64,000 nucleotides of DNA from Vicugna vicugna (GCA_013265495.1 MU057521.1:744001-808000); one strand, 5' to 3'; numbered from the stretch's first letter, positions 39,368 to 52,654 are shown. Notes: generated by a model from the letters alone, not told the origin. Translations and numbers: made by a program.

Positions 39368-39495
39368 TTTTTTTGTTTCGTTTTGGGGGGGAGGTAATTA
39401 GGTTTATTTGTTGACTTTAATGGAGGTGCTGGGGATTGAACCCTGGACCTCATGCATGCTAGGTATGCACGCTACCACTGACCTATACCCTGTCC
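39368..39495 (-). mobile_element. tRNA-derived SINE (camelid vic-1-like)
   Basis: Reverse complement gggtataggtcagtggtagcgtgcatacctagcatgcatgaggtccagggttcaatccccagcacctcca has A and B boxes followed by an A-rich tail; paralogous to the copy at 50038-50171. Confidence 0.85.
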
Positions 39496-42169
39496 TTATG
39501 ATGTACTTTTTCAAATCTACTTGAACACAAAAAATAACAGTATGAATCCTTCACACGTCCCTGTCTCTTTGGATCTATAACCCATACACACACCAAGTTG
39601 CTTATTAATTAACTAACTAATTAGTGTGTTCATTTGGCGCGATATTTTTTTATTTCGACTCAGCCGTTGCACGTGATTGGAGCGTGTCGCGAGGGCTCTG
39701 AAGATGCCCCGCTGACTGGCGGGTCGCAGGCAGCAGCCTTCCTCTCCAGCTGACTTGGCAACCTGCGAGCAGCTCTCACGGTTCCAGGCAGCGGGGAGGG
39801 AAGAATGAATCACCAGATGGCGGAGAAGAGGCACTGCCATTCATCTGACCCCACCGATGTGGGCGGTGCAGAGGTTACGGAGAAGGGAGGGAGGCGGGAG
39901 CTGCTGAAAGCGGCGCTAAGGGAGTGCCCTTTGGTCCTCAGGCACCACAGCAAAAGGCCAGGGTTGAGAGAGGTGCCCCGCACTCGGCTGCAATATGGAG
40001 CATATGCACCGTGCCAGCAAATTCCCCCTCGGCTGGGCTCCTGCAGGTGGAGAGCTGCCCTGCAAAGCGAAAGAATTAACCTTCAAAGAGCAGGCTGCGT
40101 GGTTTCCTTCTGCCTCTTGTACTTGACATTCCCCTGCTGCCCCAGGAAGCTGATGCAATCGTGTGTTTCCCTGCCAGCCCCATATGCAGTGAAATTCACT
40201 CATCCTAACTGCTGGTCTTCACTGGCCTACCGCGGGGCACTGTCTGGACTGGTACTTACCTCCAGGGCTGGCCTCATCAACCTCAAATTTTTACATTTGC
40301 CAATGCCTTCTTGAGACTTGGGCTATTGGACTACATGATGGTCGGAGGAGGGTGAGATTCTCAAATGCAAGGCATTACCTGAGGATGAATACTGATCACA
40401 CCCAAGAGGGAACTTGGGCCTCATCTGCGCGCTCCAGACTGACGTCACTGCTGCTAAGCTGCAGCAAAGGGTACAGAGAGGGACACTGCCAACTATTGAG
40501 CACCTACTGTCTGCAGGTACTGTGCCAGGTGCTTTCACACGAATTATTACATTGAAATCATGAGCAGAGCACAGACCTTAAACCAGAAAAGGACACGGAG
40601 CCATGTGTGAAAACTCACATTGGGTGGTGATGCTGTTGGCTCCTCTGGGAACTATAACATGTAATGAGCCCTGAACACCCCCTTCACCGCTAATTGTTAA
40701 TATCCCTTCTACACCTTGAGGCCTGAAGGCTGGCCTTTCCGGTGGGCAGTGAAACCAGGAGGACAGCCGTCGTGAGTCGCCTCAAACAGGGAGAGCTCAT
40801 GCTTTTGAAATTCAGTCTTACGTTCTTTCCTGAAAGCATGTATATTTCACTACATATGCAAAGACTGTTAAAAAATAGATGGCATTGGATGGCCCCTCAT
40901 TTTCAGGGATAGCACATAGCCCACATTAATCTCCTCTCTAAGGAGCAGGTGGCTATTTCTGGAGGACACTGGCCCACTGCCTTAGGTACAGTGTGTCCCT
41001 TACCTACAAACTGGGTACAAATTCTCTGTAAACTCCAAGCCACTTGCCACATCCAGATTCCCACAGGGATCTAAGCATATGCCATGTACACCTCAGGCAC
41101 AATTGGCAAACAGGTTATTTATGGGACTTGGCAGAGACGTCTTTATCAGGGTTTTTAGTCACAGTCTCTGTGACAGCACCCACTGTGACAGTGAGCAGGT
41201 AAAGTGAATAATAATATATCCAACTTGGAAGGTCAATTCCTGCTCATATTTCTAATTATTAAGTACATCATTATCCAGAGCCTCTCCGCAGCTTGGTCTC
41301 CTGCTGTGAAGGTAGGCTGTTCATTATTCAGAGTTGTTCTTTTGTGGCAGATGTATAACAGCACCAGTGGAAACTGCTCCAGTGCAATCCTTTTATTTTG
41401 AAGAAAAAAAAAAGCGGGGCAACGTTTTTTGACTTCTTGAAATGGAAGACTAGTGCTTATTTTTTCTCTTTTTGTTTCAGCGCTGTCCTCACTGTTAAAA
41501 GAGTTCATCGGTAAATCCTGAGGCTCCATTAAAATGTAACTTGATTAGGGATCACTCTTTAGCACCATCCTAATTGGTTTGTTTCCCCTCCTGACTAAAC
41601 ACTTTCCTGTGAAGGAAAAGAAAATGATGGGGCTCTCCCATTTTATCTCAAAGAGGAAAAACAAAAAGACACTTGAAGTTGCGGAAAGAGGAACTCACAG
41701 CATAGACAGAAGTCTCTACAGGGTCCCTCTAGCCAAAGATAGACTAGATTCAAAAATGCCAACGCAGGAGAAACGTGACCATCTAAATGAGGTTCACACT
41801 AATTGCATTACTTGACCATCCTTGGCTAAGTTTTCTAGTAAGGCCTAAACAGATAAACTAGATAAATTGCAAACTTAGGTAGAAAGATTATCTTTGTAAC
41901 TTCTGTATTAAATAATTATAAATGATTGAATACTGATCATAAGACTGTTCAAGAGATGACCACATATCCTTCGTCCCGTTCTAAGCCTTTGCTCTTATTA
42001 TGTCCATTATTGCACATGGCCGTGGGTCTAAGAGTTTGCTCAGCCTTGGGTTCAGTTGATTGGCCAAAGTTCCATTCTGCAGGGGAGAATGCTCCCTCTC
42101 CCAAACTGCAAAGAATGGTGACATCACCGGGTAACGACCCCGGAGCTGAAGAAATTGGCATCTCAATTT

Positions 42170-42560
42170 GGTAGGCATTAGGGCTGTTCACAAATACTCT
42201 AATTACCCTTCCTCCAGGTACACAGCGGGCCTGAACTTCTCCACCGGGTTATGGTTGTATCCGGCCCGGCGACTGCGCTGAGCTAATGAAACATGAACAG
42301 GAGTCTTAACAGCCAGTGCGGGGTCTGCCAGTTCGCTGTCCCCTGCTGCGGTGATCTTGAAAGTCTGGGCCGAGATGGAGCTTCTGTCTGCCTAGGTCTC
42401 TGAGTGACCGTATTAAATAGGGTCTTCTTGCTGGCCTGCAGCCTGAGCTACAAATGAGAGCTGTCACACAACAGACACAGCAACTTTCTTAATGTTCAGC
42501 CACTGAGATTTTGGAGTTCCTTATTACTGCAGTATGATTTAGCCTATCCTGACTAATGCA
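42170..42560 (+). mobile_element. Old MLT1 LTR remnant
   Basis: 3' end agccactgagatttttggagtt..ttattactgcagtatga.ttagcctatcctgactaat. Confidence 0.65.
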
Positions 42561-42779
42561 ACAATGGCAAAAACTGTTTACTTCCCTTAGGAAGAGAAAC
42601 TAACCAAGAATGATGTCATAGAACGAGGACGAGTGGCATCTCACAAAAAATACGTGTGCCCAATTGTTTTCTCCGTGAGAGTGGATTTCATTGATCAATG
42701 CACCTTCTTCCATTTCTCCTCAAAATTAATGGCACAAACTTTCGAGATGAAAGAATAAAACATCACTGTGCCCAGAGCT

Positions 42780-43050
42780 GGACAGGCACAGAGGGCATGT
42801 GGTCACATGACAACCGACGCAGAGACTGGAGTCACGCAGCTACAGGCCAAGGAACGGCAAGGGCCGGCAGCCACCCCTAGAAGCTAGGAAGAAGCATGGG
42901 CAGGTACGGCCCCTGGACCCCTGAGAGGGAACCAACCCTGCTGACACCTGGATTTTGGACTTCCAGCCTCCAGCTATGAAAGATTCAATTCCTTGATGTT
43001 TTATGCAGCCCAGTTCCTGGCACTGTTAAGACAACATTAGGAAATAAACA
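42780..43050 (+). mobile_element. MLT1C/D LTR 3' half
   Basis: gcagagactggag...caaggaa...agaagctagga...gagggaaccaaccctgctgacacctggattttggacttccagcctccag. Confidence 0.8.
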
Positions 43051-43274
43051 GAGTGACTTTTAACTATACTTTCTCCCAAGCCTCAGCCTGCCTGGCATTT
43101 TTATGCTGAGCTTTTACACAATGGTCCCACACATTCCTGCACATTCCTGCATTTTAAACCTTAATGCTTTCCGGACCCCTTCCTGAGTTGGGTAAAATAG
43201 GGTATGGGGCCTAAACCCTTCTTTACCCAAATGAACCCCAGTCAAGATCAGAAGCAATGTCCTGCTCAACCTCT

Positions 43275-44112
43275 CTTTCTTTGTTGTTGTTTGTTATATT
43301 CATTCGTTTTACTTGTTAGCTTCTGCAGATAAGTGAAAACAACACAGTTGTTGTCTTTCTCTGTCTGACTTACTTCAGTGGGCATAATATCCTCCAGGTG
43401 CATCTGTGTTGTTTCAAATGGCAACATTTCATTCTTTTCCTGGCTGAGTACTATTCCACATCTTCTTTACCCATTCACCAGTTGATGGACCCTTATATTG
43501 TTTCCATGTCTTGGCTATTTTAAATAATGCTACTATGAACATTGGGGTGTGTGTATCTTTTCAAATTAGTTTTTGTTTTCTTCAGATGTATGCCCAGGAG
43601 TGGAATTGCTGGATCGTCTGTTAGCTCTATTTTTAGCTTTTTGAGGAACCTCCCTACTGTTTTCCACAGTGGCTGCACCAATTTCCATTCCCACTAACAG
43701 TGCACGAGGGTCCCTTTTCTCCACATCCTCCCCAGCATTTATTATTCATTGTCTTTTTACAATAGCCAGTCTAACAGGCAGGAGTTGATATCCCATTGTG
43801 GCTTGGATTTGCATTTCCCCGATGATTAGTGACGTTGAGCATCTCTTCATGTGCCTATTGGCCATGTTTGTCTTCTTTGGAAAATTGTCTGCTCAGGTCT
43901 TCTGCCCATTTTTTTAATCAGCTTGTTTGTTTTTCCTATACTAAGTTGCATGAGCTGTGTATATGTTTCAGGTATTACCCCTTGTCAGACACATCATTTG
44001 CACTATCTGCTCCCATTCAGTAGGTCATCTGCCCATTTTGTTGATGGTTTCCTTCACTGTGCAAAAGTTTTTAAGTTTAATTGGGTCCCATTTGTTTATT
44101 TTTGCTTTTGTT
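43275..44112 (-). mobile_element. LINE-1 3' fragment (end of ORF2 and part of 3'UTR)
   Basis: tgtctttctctgtctgacttacttca...cccaggagtggaattgctggatc...ttttccacagtggctgcaccaattt...gtcccatttgtttatttttgcttt. Confidence 0.9.
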
Positions 44113-47100
44113 CTTGTTCACCTTCTAATCCCGCCTCTGATGCCTTCTCAGAACCTAGCACGGCACCTGGCCCACAGCAGGGCCTCCACAGGGTTTGTTT
44201 AAGAAAGTACAGAACACACACTGGAGAGCACTCCTTTTCTTTCTGTGCCTCTCACTCATACTAAACAGTGATGTAGGACGACTGAATTGCTAAGTCTCTG
44301 AGTGTTGTCTCACTTCATAACCAATTACCAAACAACAAACTGGGTCACTTTGGTAGCCGGTCTAAGTCAGTTCCTCCATACATGGGTGCCAACTATTCCA
44401 CGGTCCATTAATGCCATTCACATCAATAATTACATCAGGGCAACCAAAGCAACAACCAATCACCAGAGCCAGACTTGGGGGTTTTGAAGTAACAGAACAT
44501 CCTTAGATCAGTGAAGGCAAAACAACAAACCTAAGACATAAGAGGCAAAAGTAAAAGTTAACCTGAAAAAGTGAGACTCCTTGTGCGTGTAGTCATGTCA
44601 CCAATGACTGTGTCCACACACCACGGCCCTCAACAGAACTCCTACTTATTCATCTGTTATTCATCCTAATGAGTTGGCTCCCAGGTAAGGTATCCGCTGG
44701 CTTCCATATATACTCTGCTTTCTTTCCAAGCATTTCACAAAGCCAGGTTTCTCATTTTGGCTGGAAAGGAGTCCTAATCACCTAAGGACCAGCACATTTC
44801 AATCTCGTGAGGACAAAGTTTCACTATATTAAAATGCAGCCAAAACACAGATTTCTGCCTCACACACAGAAAAGGCCGATTTAAGGTCTTCTCCCCAAAT
44901 ACTTAATGCCTGGGAGGCTCTCCAGTCAGCTTCATCCTTTGAAATCATATCCCTGACAGACAAACAAATTAATCTTTCACTATTAATCTTCCCAATTTCT
45001 GCTATTTGAGGGATGTTTTAATTAGCTCAGCCGTGTTATCATTCCTTTAAGTATCTGAAGATATCTGTTCGTTTCCTACTGGTCCCAGGAAGATAACCCC
45101 TTCACCAGAGGTGGCTAAGAAATCTGTATTTGCTTTCAAAGTTCTCTGGCTTTTTCTGAGACAAGCATTTCATGTTATTTCCCTTCCACTGCTAATGGTT
45201 AAATGTTGAAGGCCTTAGCTAATTTGAGGTGACCGAATCCAAATCATTCGGTGGACATTCCTCTACCTGCACCAGGAATGGACTGTCACGAAGGTAGTGG
45301 AGTTCACTGTCCACACCAGGTTCCAGCAAGGTCTCTAACTTCTCAGCATTTCCCTTACAGGTCCTTTCTGAAAATGTACATACCTCGAGGGAGAGAAACT
45401 CTTTTTATCAAGACAATTTTTTCCATTGCAGCATTGATCAGGGCACAGAAATGATGGAAACTTTTGTAAAGCCAGGAAGAAAAGAGCTCTGATGGTGCCC
45501 AAATAGACACAGAATAGATGTCAAAGGGAGTAGAGACAGAATCCTCGATCTCTGATCAGCACAATACTGTTACCCCCATTTCAGAAATAAGATGAGTCCT
45601 TTGAAATGGAGAATGGTACCCTACTGACTGAACAGCAAGAAAGCACCAGATACTTGAAAAGTTTTATGAGTAGAGGACAGAAGAGAAGAGGGCACTGGGA
45701 GGGCAGTGATAACCTACCTGGCTCCTTCACATCTGTGCCCAGAATGGTCTCCACTAAATGAAAATGTCAGTGCCACCTGTGAAGGTAACACTTTAAGCCA
45801 CCCTCAATTATGGCTCTGAAGAATGAGGACATGAAAGAGGGAGGATGGCATGAGGGAGGGGATGCATGGCTCAGGAAGCACTGACAGGGGTGGGAACAGG
45901 GTAGAGAGCTGGGGCGACTTGGGGCTCCGGAAATCTGGCTGGGAAAGAGCAGAGACAAAGCTTACCTCCTTACTCGTTCGACGTGGTTCTACTCCCACAT
46001 TCAGGATGGATCATTTGATGAGCAGCTGGGGGAGAGAATGGCCAGAAGGAAGTCAAAGCAGGGTAGAAAGTGAGCTAAGCCAAAGATTTTCCGTGTAAAA
46101 CCCAGTGCTCTGAAACCGCTACAGTAACATTTCAGGTCAGAAAACCACAGCTACCCCCTGGACCTGGCCTACATCATGGTGGACATGGCCATGTGGCAGC
46201 TAGGAATCTCTGTCTTTAAGTTACAGAAAAGCGGACCGATGATGACCTAGACAAAGATTTCTTTTTCTCATGAAAAAGAACTCCCACACTGCCTCAGTGG
46301 CTCAGTGGTGGCAGGCCAGTGTTGCTACAATTCTCAGGTTGCCAGATGGCAACAATCGCTCCAAGGATCAGATCTTATACTCGTTCAGGGCAGGATGCAG
46401 AGGACAGGGCTAGGACAGGTTCTCTTCCGGACCTTCATCTTACCAGGGACGAAGAACCTTTCCTGGAAGGTCCCAGCAGACTTCTTATATTCTTGTTGCC
46501 CTACACTACACGCCTACCCTCAGACTAGGGACTGCACCCAAGTTCCCTAAAATTAACAGAAGCCCATTTGATGTGTGTCCTAAATAGGTTTCCCTGCTCT
46601 GTTCTGTGAGCATGGACAATGGGGGCAGTGTCTTTGGAGGGCTCTAACGTCTACTGCTGATGAGAGTCAAGAGCTGCTGGATCACAGCAGAGCCCTGAAA
46701 ACCAGCAGAAGCAGGAGACTGCTGGGACGACCCCGAGAGAGAAAAGCATCCACCCTACACAGGCATCCTCTCCAAATTTAGAAGCAAGAACTAGCCTTCC
46801 CAGAGGCTCCTTTGAAACTGTTAAGAAATTATAATTAGACTTTGTGCTTCTGCTAAGCCTTTCATCCCAGGAGCTCAGGGCACATCGTCTCATTAATCTT
46901 CACAAGACCATTCGAGGCAGCTGGCATCTACTGTCATCTTTACTTACAGGATGAAGGGACCAAGATGTAGGTACAGGTCAATGACCTGCCTGATGTCATA
47001 TACTCACATGTCATATGCCCGAGTCACCAGCTCCCTGAGGACCCTGGGCAGGAACATGGCGGTCATTTACTTACCCAGATAGTGTGAGCCCGGAAACATG

Positions 47101-49656
47101 GCCTGAAGGAAGAATGTCAGAGCTGTGGGCAAAGAGGCAAGAGGAACAAGTGTGAGCTATGATTCACTGGCCAGCAACCTTGAGTAAGTCACTTGCACTT
47201 TCTGAATATTTTTCTTCCTTAAATATAAGAATAATAACATCTACCCTGTCTAATTCACTCAGTTGTTTCAAAGACAAAAGGAATGTTTCAAATGAAACCA
47301 CTTGAGCTAGGACATTGTGTAAAATCTAAGTCCAATGAGGCAGTTGGTAGAACCAACATTTAAAATCAGCCTGCTAGAAAATAAATAGATTAATTCATTA
47401 AAATAAACAAAATAAAATCAGCCTGATTAAAAAAAATAAAAATAAAGTAACATAAAATCAGCCTCTTGCTCTTGGCTCATCACGACCATCCTAACCTGCA
47501 ATCAGACAATTATAGGAGACTCTTTTCAGATGACCAAGAAATTCCTCTCTGCTATTGGATATGCTGTGAGCCTATTTTCAGCAAAGGCTGTAAGGAACAT
47601 GCAGCGCCGAATGCGGTTATAACTAGGATGTGACCCGTGTCCTCTAGGAAATACAGTCGGGCGGAGAAGGCAGACAAATGAAGCACTAAGACAAGACACA
47701 AGAAGGCTAAACGGGACAGGTGGTATTCAGAGGTTTGGGTCAGCCAGTGGGCTGGGAGGGAGTGGCGAGAGGGGGCAGTGGACAAAAGCTGGAAAAGTCC
47801 TTAGCTTTTCTTTTCCTTCCCTGGCGTCCATCATTCTCCCCTCTGAGAAGGAGTAAGTCAAGGCGGTAGAGCAGCAGAGGTTGAAGTTTGGGTTTGCTTT
47901 GTTTACATCTGCAGGAAAGGATATTTGTAGAGAAAACGTTTCTTCTGCGCGCCCAGGGCGCGCCTGTCTCTGCGGGCAGACTTACTTTCTGCCACAGGAG
48001 GGCGCGTCTCCTCCTCCGCCGGTCTCTGCGGCCAGCGCCGCGCCGCCTCCCAGCTCCATCCAGCTGAGCCGGGCTGTGCCTCGACACCTGCAGCCTAGAA
48101 GCACTGCAGCAACAGCTGGGGGGCCTGGAAGACCGGGTCACAGCACGCCCAGCTTCCAACGTTTCATGTCTTTAACAAGAGCCAGGATAGATGTTCAAAA
48201 ACAATTAGTCCCCCATCTACAATGCATTCTACGAGGACAGTAATCCCTAGAAAATTCTCAAGGAGTATTTTTGGAAGATTGTCTATCAGAGAGAAAGAAG
48301 CTCAGATTCATCAGGAGGTGGAATAGGCCAAATAGACATCTGGCCCTGGCACCGATGTCTCCCCCATCCCAGGCTTAAAACAGGGTGGGAACCAATTGAC
48401 ATAGCAGGACACTTGTCCCTTCCCAGAGGGACATCCAGTGTGGTGCTAAGGGGACCCAATAAAAGAAGGAAGGGGCTTCCAGATCTGAGACATGATCAGG
48501 GAGGGAAAACAGTTACCTTGCCTTTATTTTTGTTTTGATAGTTAATTGTTAAAATATCTGCACTAAGGAAACTATTCGGGCTGGCTCTGCACCAGGCAAG
48601 AATTCCTAAATTGCACTAGCTTGGCTGCTCCCCAAAGTCCCTTTGTTCCCTCCACACCCTCGTGTAAACATACCCACCCACCAATACCCTGTATTATTTG
48701 TCTCCAGTGAATTAGAAAGAAAGTTCTACGATAAGGCAGGATGAAACACTGACAGCCAATCAGGAGCCTTTCACTCAAAACTCCCACTCAGAATTAATGG
48801 AGGACTGGTCGGTTGGTTTGTTTTTGCCTCCAAAGAGAACTAACTAATTCCATGATTTCCAGCCACTGGATTGGAATGGCTTTAGGGGTAGGAACAGCCT
48901 AAACCAAACACTCCTAAACTTTGAGATGAATAAGAACTATCACAGCATGGAAAAAAATCAAAATTATCAGCATGCTAAAATTATCCTCTTCCTAAAAAGG
49001 AAGAGAAATCTCTGATTAGGAAAAAGATTTTGTAAACCATCTAATAATAATGACAAAGTAACACCCATTATAGATCTTGAATAATCTGAGAGGTGTTCGG
49101 ACTAAAATCCCCTCACTTGCTCCAGAATATTTGCCCAGCCACACACCCACAATGTACTGTATATTTTCACAGGTGCTATCAAAGGAGTGACCCGCCAACA
49201 CCATCTTCATCATCGGATGAGTGGTTTATCAGCCAGAGGCTGGCTCGGACAGAACACCTGGTTAAAGGTTACTAATCCTAATTTCTTCCCCTTATTTTGC
49301 TGAGCCTGGGTCCTGATGTTTGGTGCACTTCCTGGGTCGTGGATTTCATTAGTATTACTGCAGACACTAAAGAAAACCTCTCTCCAGTCCCCGCCCCACA
49401 GCAGAACACTATAGGATAAATCTGAATCAGAGTCTAAGTAGTCTCCTCTGTAAAACTAGGCTGAGTCCATCTGTGTTCGGGGACATCTCTGTTGATGCTG
49501 GGGGCTAGTATGAGAAACAATGATTCATGGAGTTTCTAGAGTGGCCACATCCTTGTTGTAAGGTTGATGTTTCTGAAGTCATACATACATCACTCACCCC
49601 AAGGAGATCTGAAGCTAGAAATGTTGAGGAAATACAGGATTAGAGAATGACAATTA

Positions 49657-50219
49657 TGTGATAGTTAATTTTATGTGTCAAATTTACCAAGCTCAGTGCC
49701 CAGGAGTTTGGTCAAACAGTAGCTGAGTTACTTCTGTGAAGGTATTTTGTAGATGTAATTAAGGATTATAATCAGTTGACTTGAGTAAAGAGGATTGCCC
49801 TCAATAAGGTGGGTGGGCCTCATCTAATCAGTTGAAGGTCTTAACAAACACTGAGGTTTATCGGTGAAGGAATTCTGTCTCAAGACAGACATACTCCTAC
49901 CTGTGTTTCCAGCATGCCGGTCTGCCCTACAGATTTCAGTCTTGCCAGGCCTCACTGTGGAGCCAATTTTTTAATATAATTCCCTTTTTTCATGTGTGTA
50001 TTTGTGTGTGTGACTATGCTGTGTTTGTATATACTTTAAAAAAAATTGTTGGGTGGGGGCAGTAATTAGGCTCATTTCTTTATTTTTTTTAATGGAGGTA
50101 CTGGGGATTGAACCCAGGACCTCATGCATGCTAGGCATGCACTCTACCACTGAGCTTATATACCCTCCCCCTTGTATATAGTTTTGATTCTGTTTCTCTG
50201 AAGAACATTGATTCATACA
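49657..50219 (+). mobile_element. MLT2 (ERVL) solo LTR carrying a SINE insertion
   Basis: tgtgatagttaattttatgtgtcaa...gggtgggcctcatctaatcagttgaaggtctta...ttctgtttctctgaagaac..tga.tcataca. Confidence 0.85.
50038..50171 (-). mobile_element. tRNA-derived SINE (camelid vic-1-like) with target-site duplication
   Basis: Reverse complement ggggagggtatataagctcagtggtagagtgcatgcctagcatgcatgaggtcctgggttcaatccccagtacctcca. Flanked by ttgtatata(c/g)ttt at 50025-50037 and 50172-50184. Confidence 0.9.
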
Positions 50220-50399
50220 GATTTCAAGTGAATCTTTTATTTCTTTGTGCCATCTAAGTTAAAACAATGAATATTCAGTAATGCCATTCTACATGACATT
50301 ACACAAAGCATGGACTCCTCATTTGGGGGCCACCTAGCCCCAGCCTAAGAGCCCACCCACCTCACTGGAAGCTGGCAGCTTCAGGGGTGGTCCTGATTG

Positions 50400-50778
50400 T
50401 TCTGAGGGTGAGAGGTCCCCTTGCCAATGATTGGCTCAGTGAGGGTCATGTGACCTCATTGTAAGGGCCAATAAGATATGAGAAGAGGTTTGCTGTAGAC
50501 TTCCAGTGAGGTTTGTTCTCATTCTTGTGAGAAGCTTTACAGAAGCAGCGTTTTCTCTGCTGTTGGAGGAGCAGGAAGGAGCAGCCCTGGACTGGTACCG
50601 GCAATGGCCATTTGGTGGGATGTAACCTGGGTCTCTGATGATGCTGTTGAGCTGGATGGATCAGCCCTAATGCCTGCACTGCCTCTGGTCTTCCTTTTAA
50701 GTGAGCCAATATATTTTCTATGGTGCAAGCCAGTCTGAGCCTTCTTGAGGCTTCTTATTAGTTGCAGCTGAAGGACCA
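50400..50778 (+). mobile_element. MLT1I/J/K-like LTR
   Basis: tgattggctcag..ggtcatgtgacc...ggccaat.aga...gtgagccaata..tt...aagccagt.tgag...ttgcagctgaa. Confidence 0.7.
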
Positions 50779-51069
50779 CTTTTTCTTGCCCTTTTACCTA
50801 TAACCTGGGAGAGTAGAACCAGATAATCTGAGATCTCCTTGAACTCTCAATATATATGAATTACACAGTGAGGCACCAGCACTAACTTTCTCAATTACTG
50901 TTAGAGAATCTGAATATTATTCTAGGTTTCTAAATACATCTTCATTTTAGAAACTGCAAAGTGACATGAATTTTAAGTTCTTAATGTACAGTCTGATGAT
51001 TTTTGTTCCAGGAGCCTTAACCCTAGTCAACCACTGTCAGCAATAATAACTTTCATTATTTTTTTTAAT

Positions 51070-51920
51070 ATATAAAAACTCTAGCAAGTGAACAATAACT
51101 AGGAAAAGAGCCAAATAGGAAAATGGGGAAAAGATAAGTGCAAACTCTTCCCAGCAAGAGAAACGAATTTTAAACCTATGAAGAGATGTTCAACCTCCTT
51201 CCTAAAGAGAAAAACGCAAATTAAAATGACAGTGAGATTGGGGTTTTTTTTTTTTACCTGAAAGATTGCAAGTTATAAAACCCTTAATAACACACTATTG
51301 GAGAAGATATAAGAAAATAGTAACATTTCTATGAATAATGAGAATTATCACCAAAGACCAGCAATTACAGGTATGGGTGGAAATGGTACAACTTTCAAGG
51401 AAGGCAATTTGGAATTACCTGTCAAAATTACAAATCTGTATGCTCTTTGACAAAACCATTCCCCTTCTAGAACTTTATCCTACAGTTACACTTGCCCATG
51501 TATAAAGCAATGTTACTTGTAATTGCAATCATTGGAAACAACTTAAAGATGTATCAGTAGAGAAAAGATTAAAGTATCCTAGATGTATGCAGTAGAATAA
51601 CTCCCAGCTGTTAAAGAAATGAGGCAGCTCTGTATGCAATAAAATGGAATAATCTCTAAATTGTATTTTAAACAAAAAGAGCAAGATGAAAAACAATGAG
51701 TGTCATATGCTACCATTTTTTAAAAATATCTAAATATACTTTTGTGTAGGGATAAGCTAGGAGACCGCATAAGAACCTGGGAACTGTGGCTACACCAAGG
51801 ATTGCAACACGGGAACTAGAACACAGGGGCGAAAGAGATGCTAACTTTTAACTGGATATTATTTTTAAAGTTTTTAAACATATGAATGTATATCAGCTAT
51901 TTTAAAATTAATGAACTTGG
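51070..51920 (+). mobile_element. Ancient L1 (L1ME-like) 3' fragment
   Basis: atgaagagatgttcaacctc...gcaaattaaaatgacagtgaga...gaaggcaatttgg...ccattccccttctagaactttatcct. Confidence 0.75.
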
Positions 51921-52654
51921 GGGGAAAGTAAGTTATTATTACACATTTCCTGATTTACTATTATGACAGTAATTCTGAAGCTAAATTACAGCACTTGTGT
52001 TTTGGATAAATGATAATTAATGATCGGATATGAAACAATGATTTGGTACATTTGTTCTCATTTCCCTTTCTGTCTAAATAAGGGCAGTAGAAAAGGATCT
52101 TGAATTAAGTAGAGGAAATTAATCTTGTCCATAATGTTTCAAAAACTGGTTTGCTAGGCATTTGCTTTTCCACACGTTCTGCCCCTAAAGCGCCTTGCCT
52201 AGATTTTTTCTTATCCAGTGTCCTACTGTTCATTCATATCCACTCATTTGATGAATATTTACTAAATATCTTTGGTGTGCCAGTCACTGGGGCCTCAAAT
52301 GAGAATAAGACCCAGACAACTGCTGTCTTTAGGAGTTCAGTCTTTTCACTATTGTCATCATTCCAGACGGGTGGAAAAGACGATGGTATAATCAATAAAG
52401 TGAGAGCTGCAGGTCCTAAAATGTGGAGAACCCAGAAACAGAAAAAAACACCAGACGGGAAGGAGGAAGGTGAGAATTTATGGATACCACTATCAGTCCA
52501 TAGAAAACCATTCCAGAATGAACCTTTTCTACTCCAGGGTTTCAAGACCCCAATAAATGCTTATTTTGGAAGAATAAAGATGGGAGGAAGGGAATGACAA
52601 AGAAAAGAATGGGCCCAGTTGACAAATCCAGGAGAAATGACTTGTGAACCTGGG

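Noticed and set aside
39805..40314. 169-aa ORF, and likewise ORFs at 47740-48243, 52151-52597 and 54785-55378
   Set aside because: No recognisable protein motifs or codon bias; lengths are compatible with chance in GC-richer or repeat-derived DNA.
47361..47464. Repeat-spacer pattern as a CRISPR-like array
   Set aside because: The repeats are only 12 bp with three copies and low-complexity unequal spacers, in a mammalian context with no cas genes.
50095..50171. tRNA gene (also 39420-39495)
   Set aside because: tRNA-like head is followed by a SINE tail and, for this copy, a TSD; it is a SINE, not a tRNA gene.
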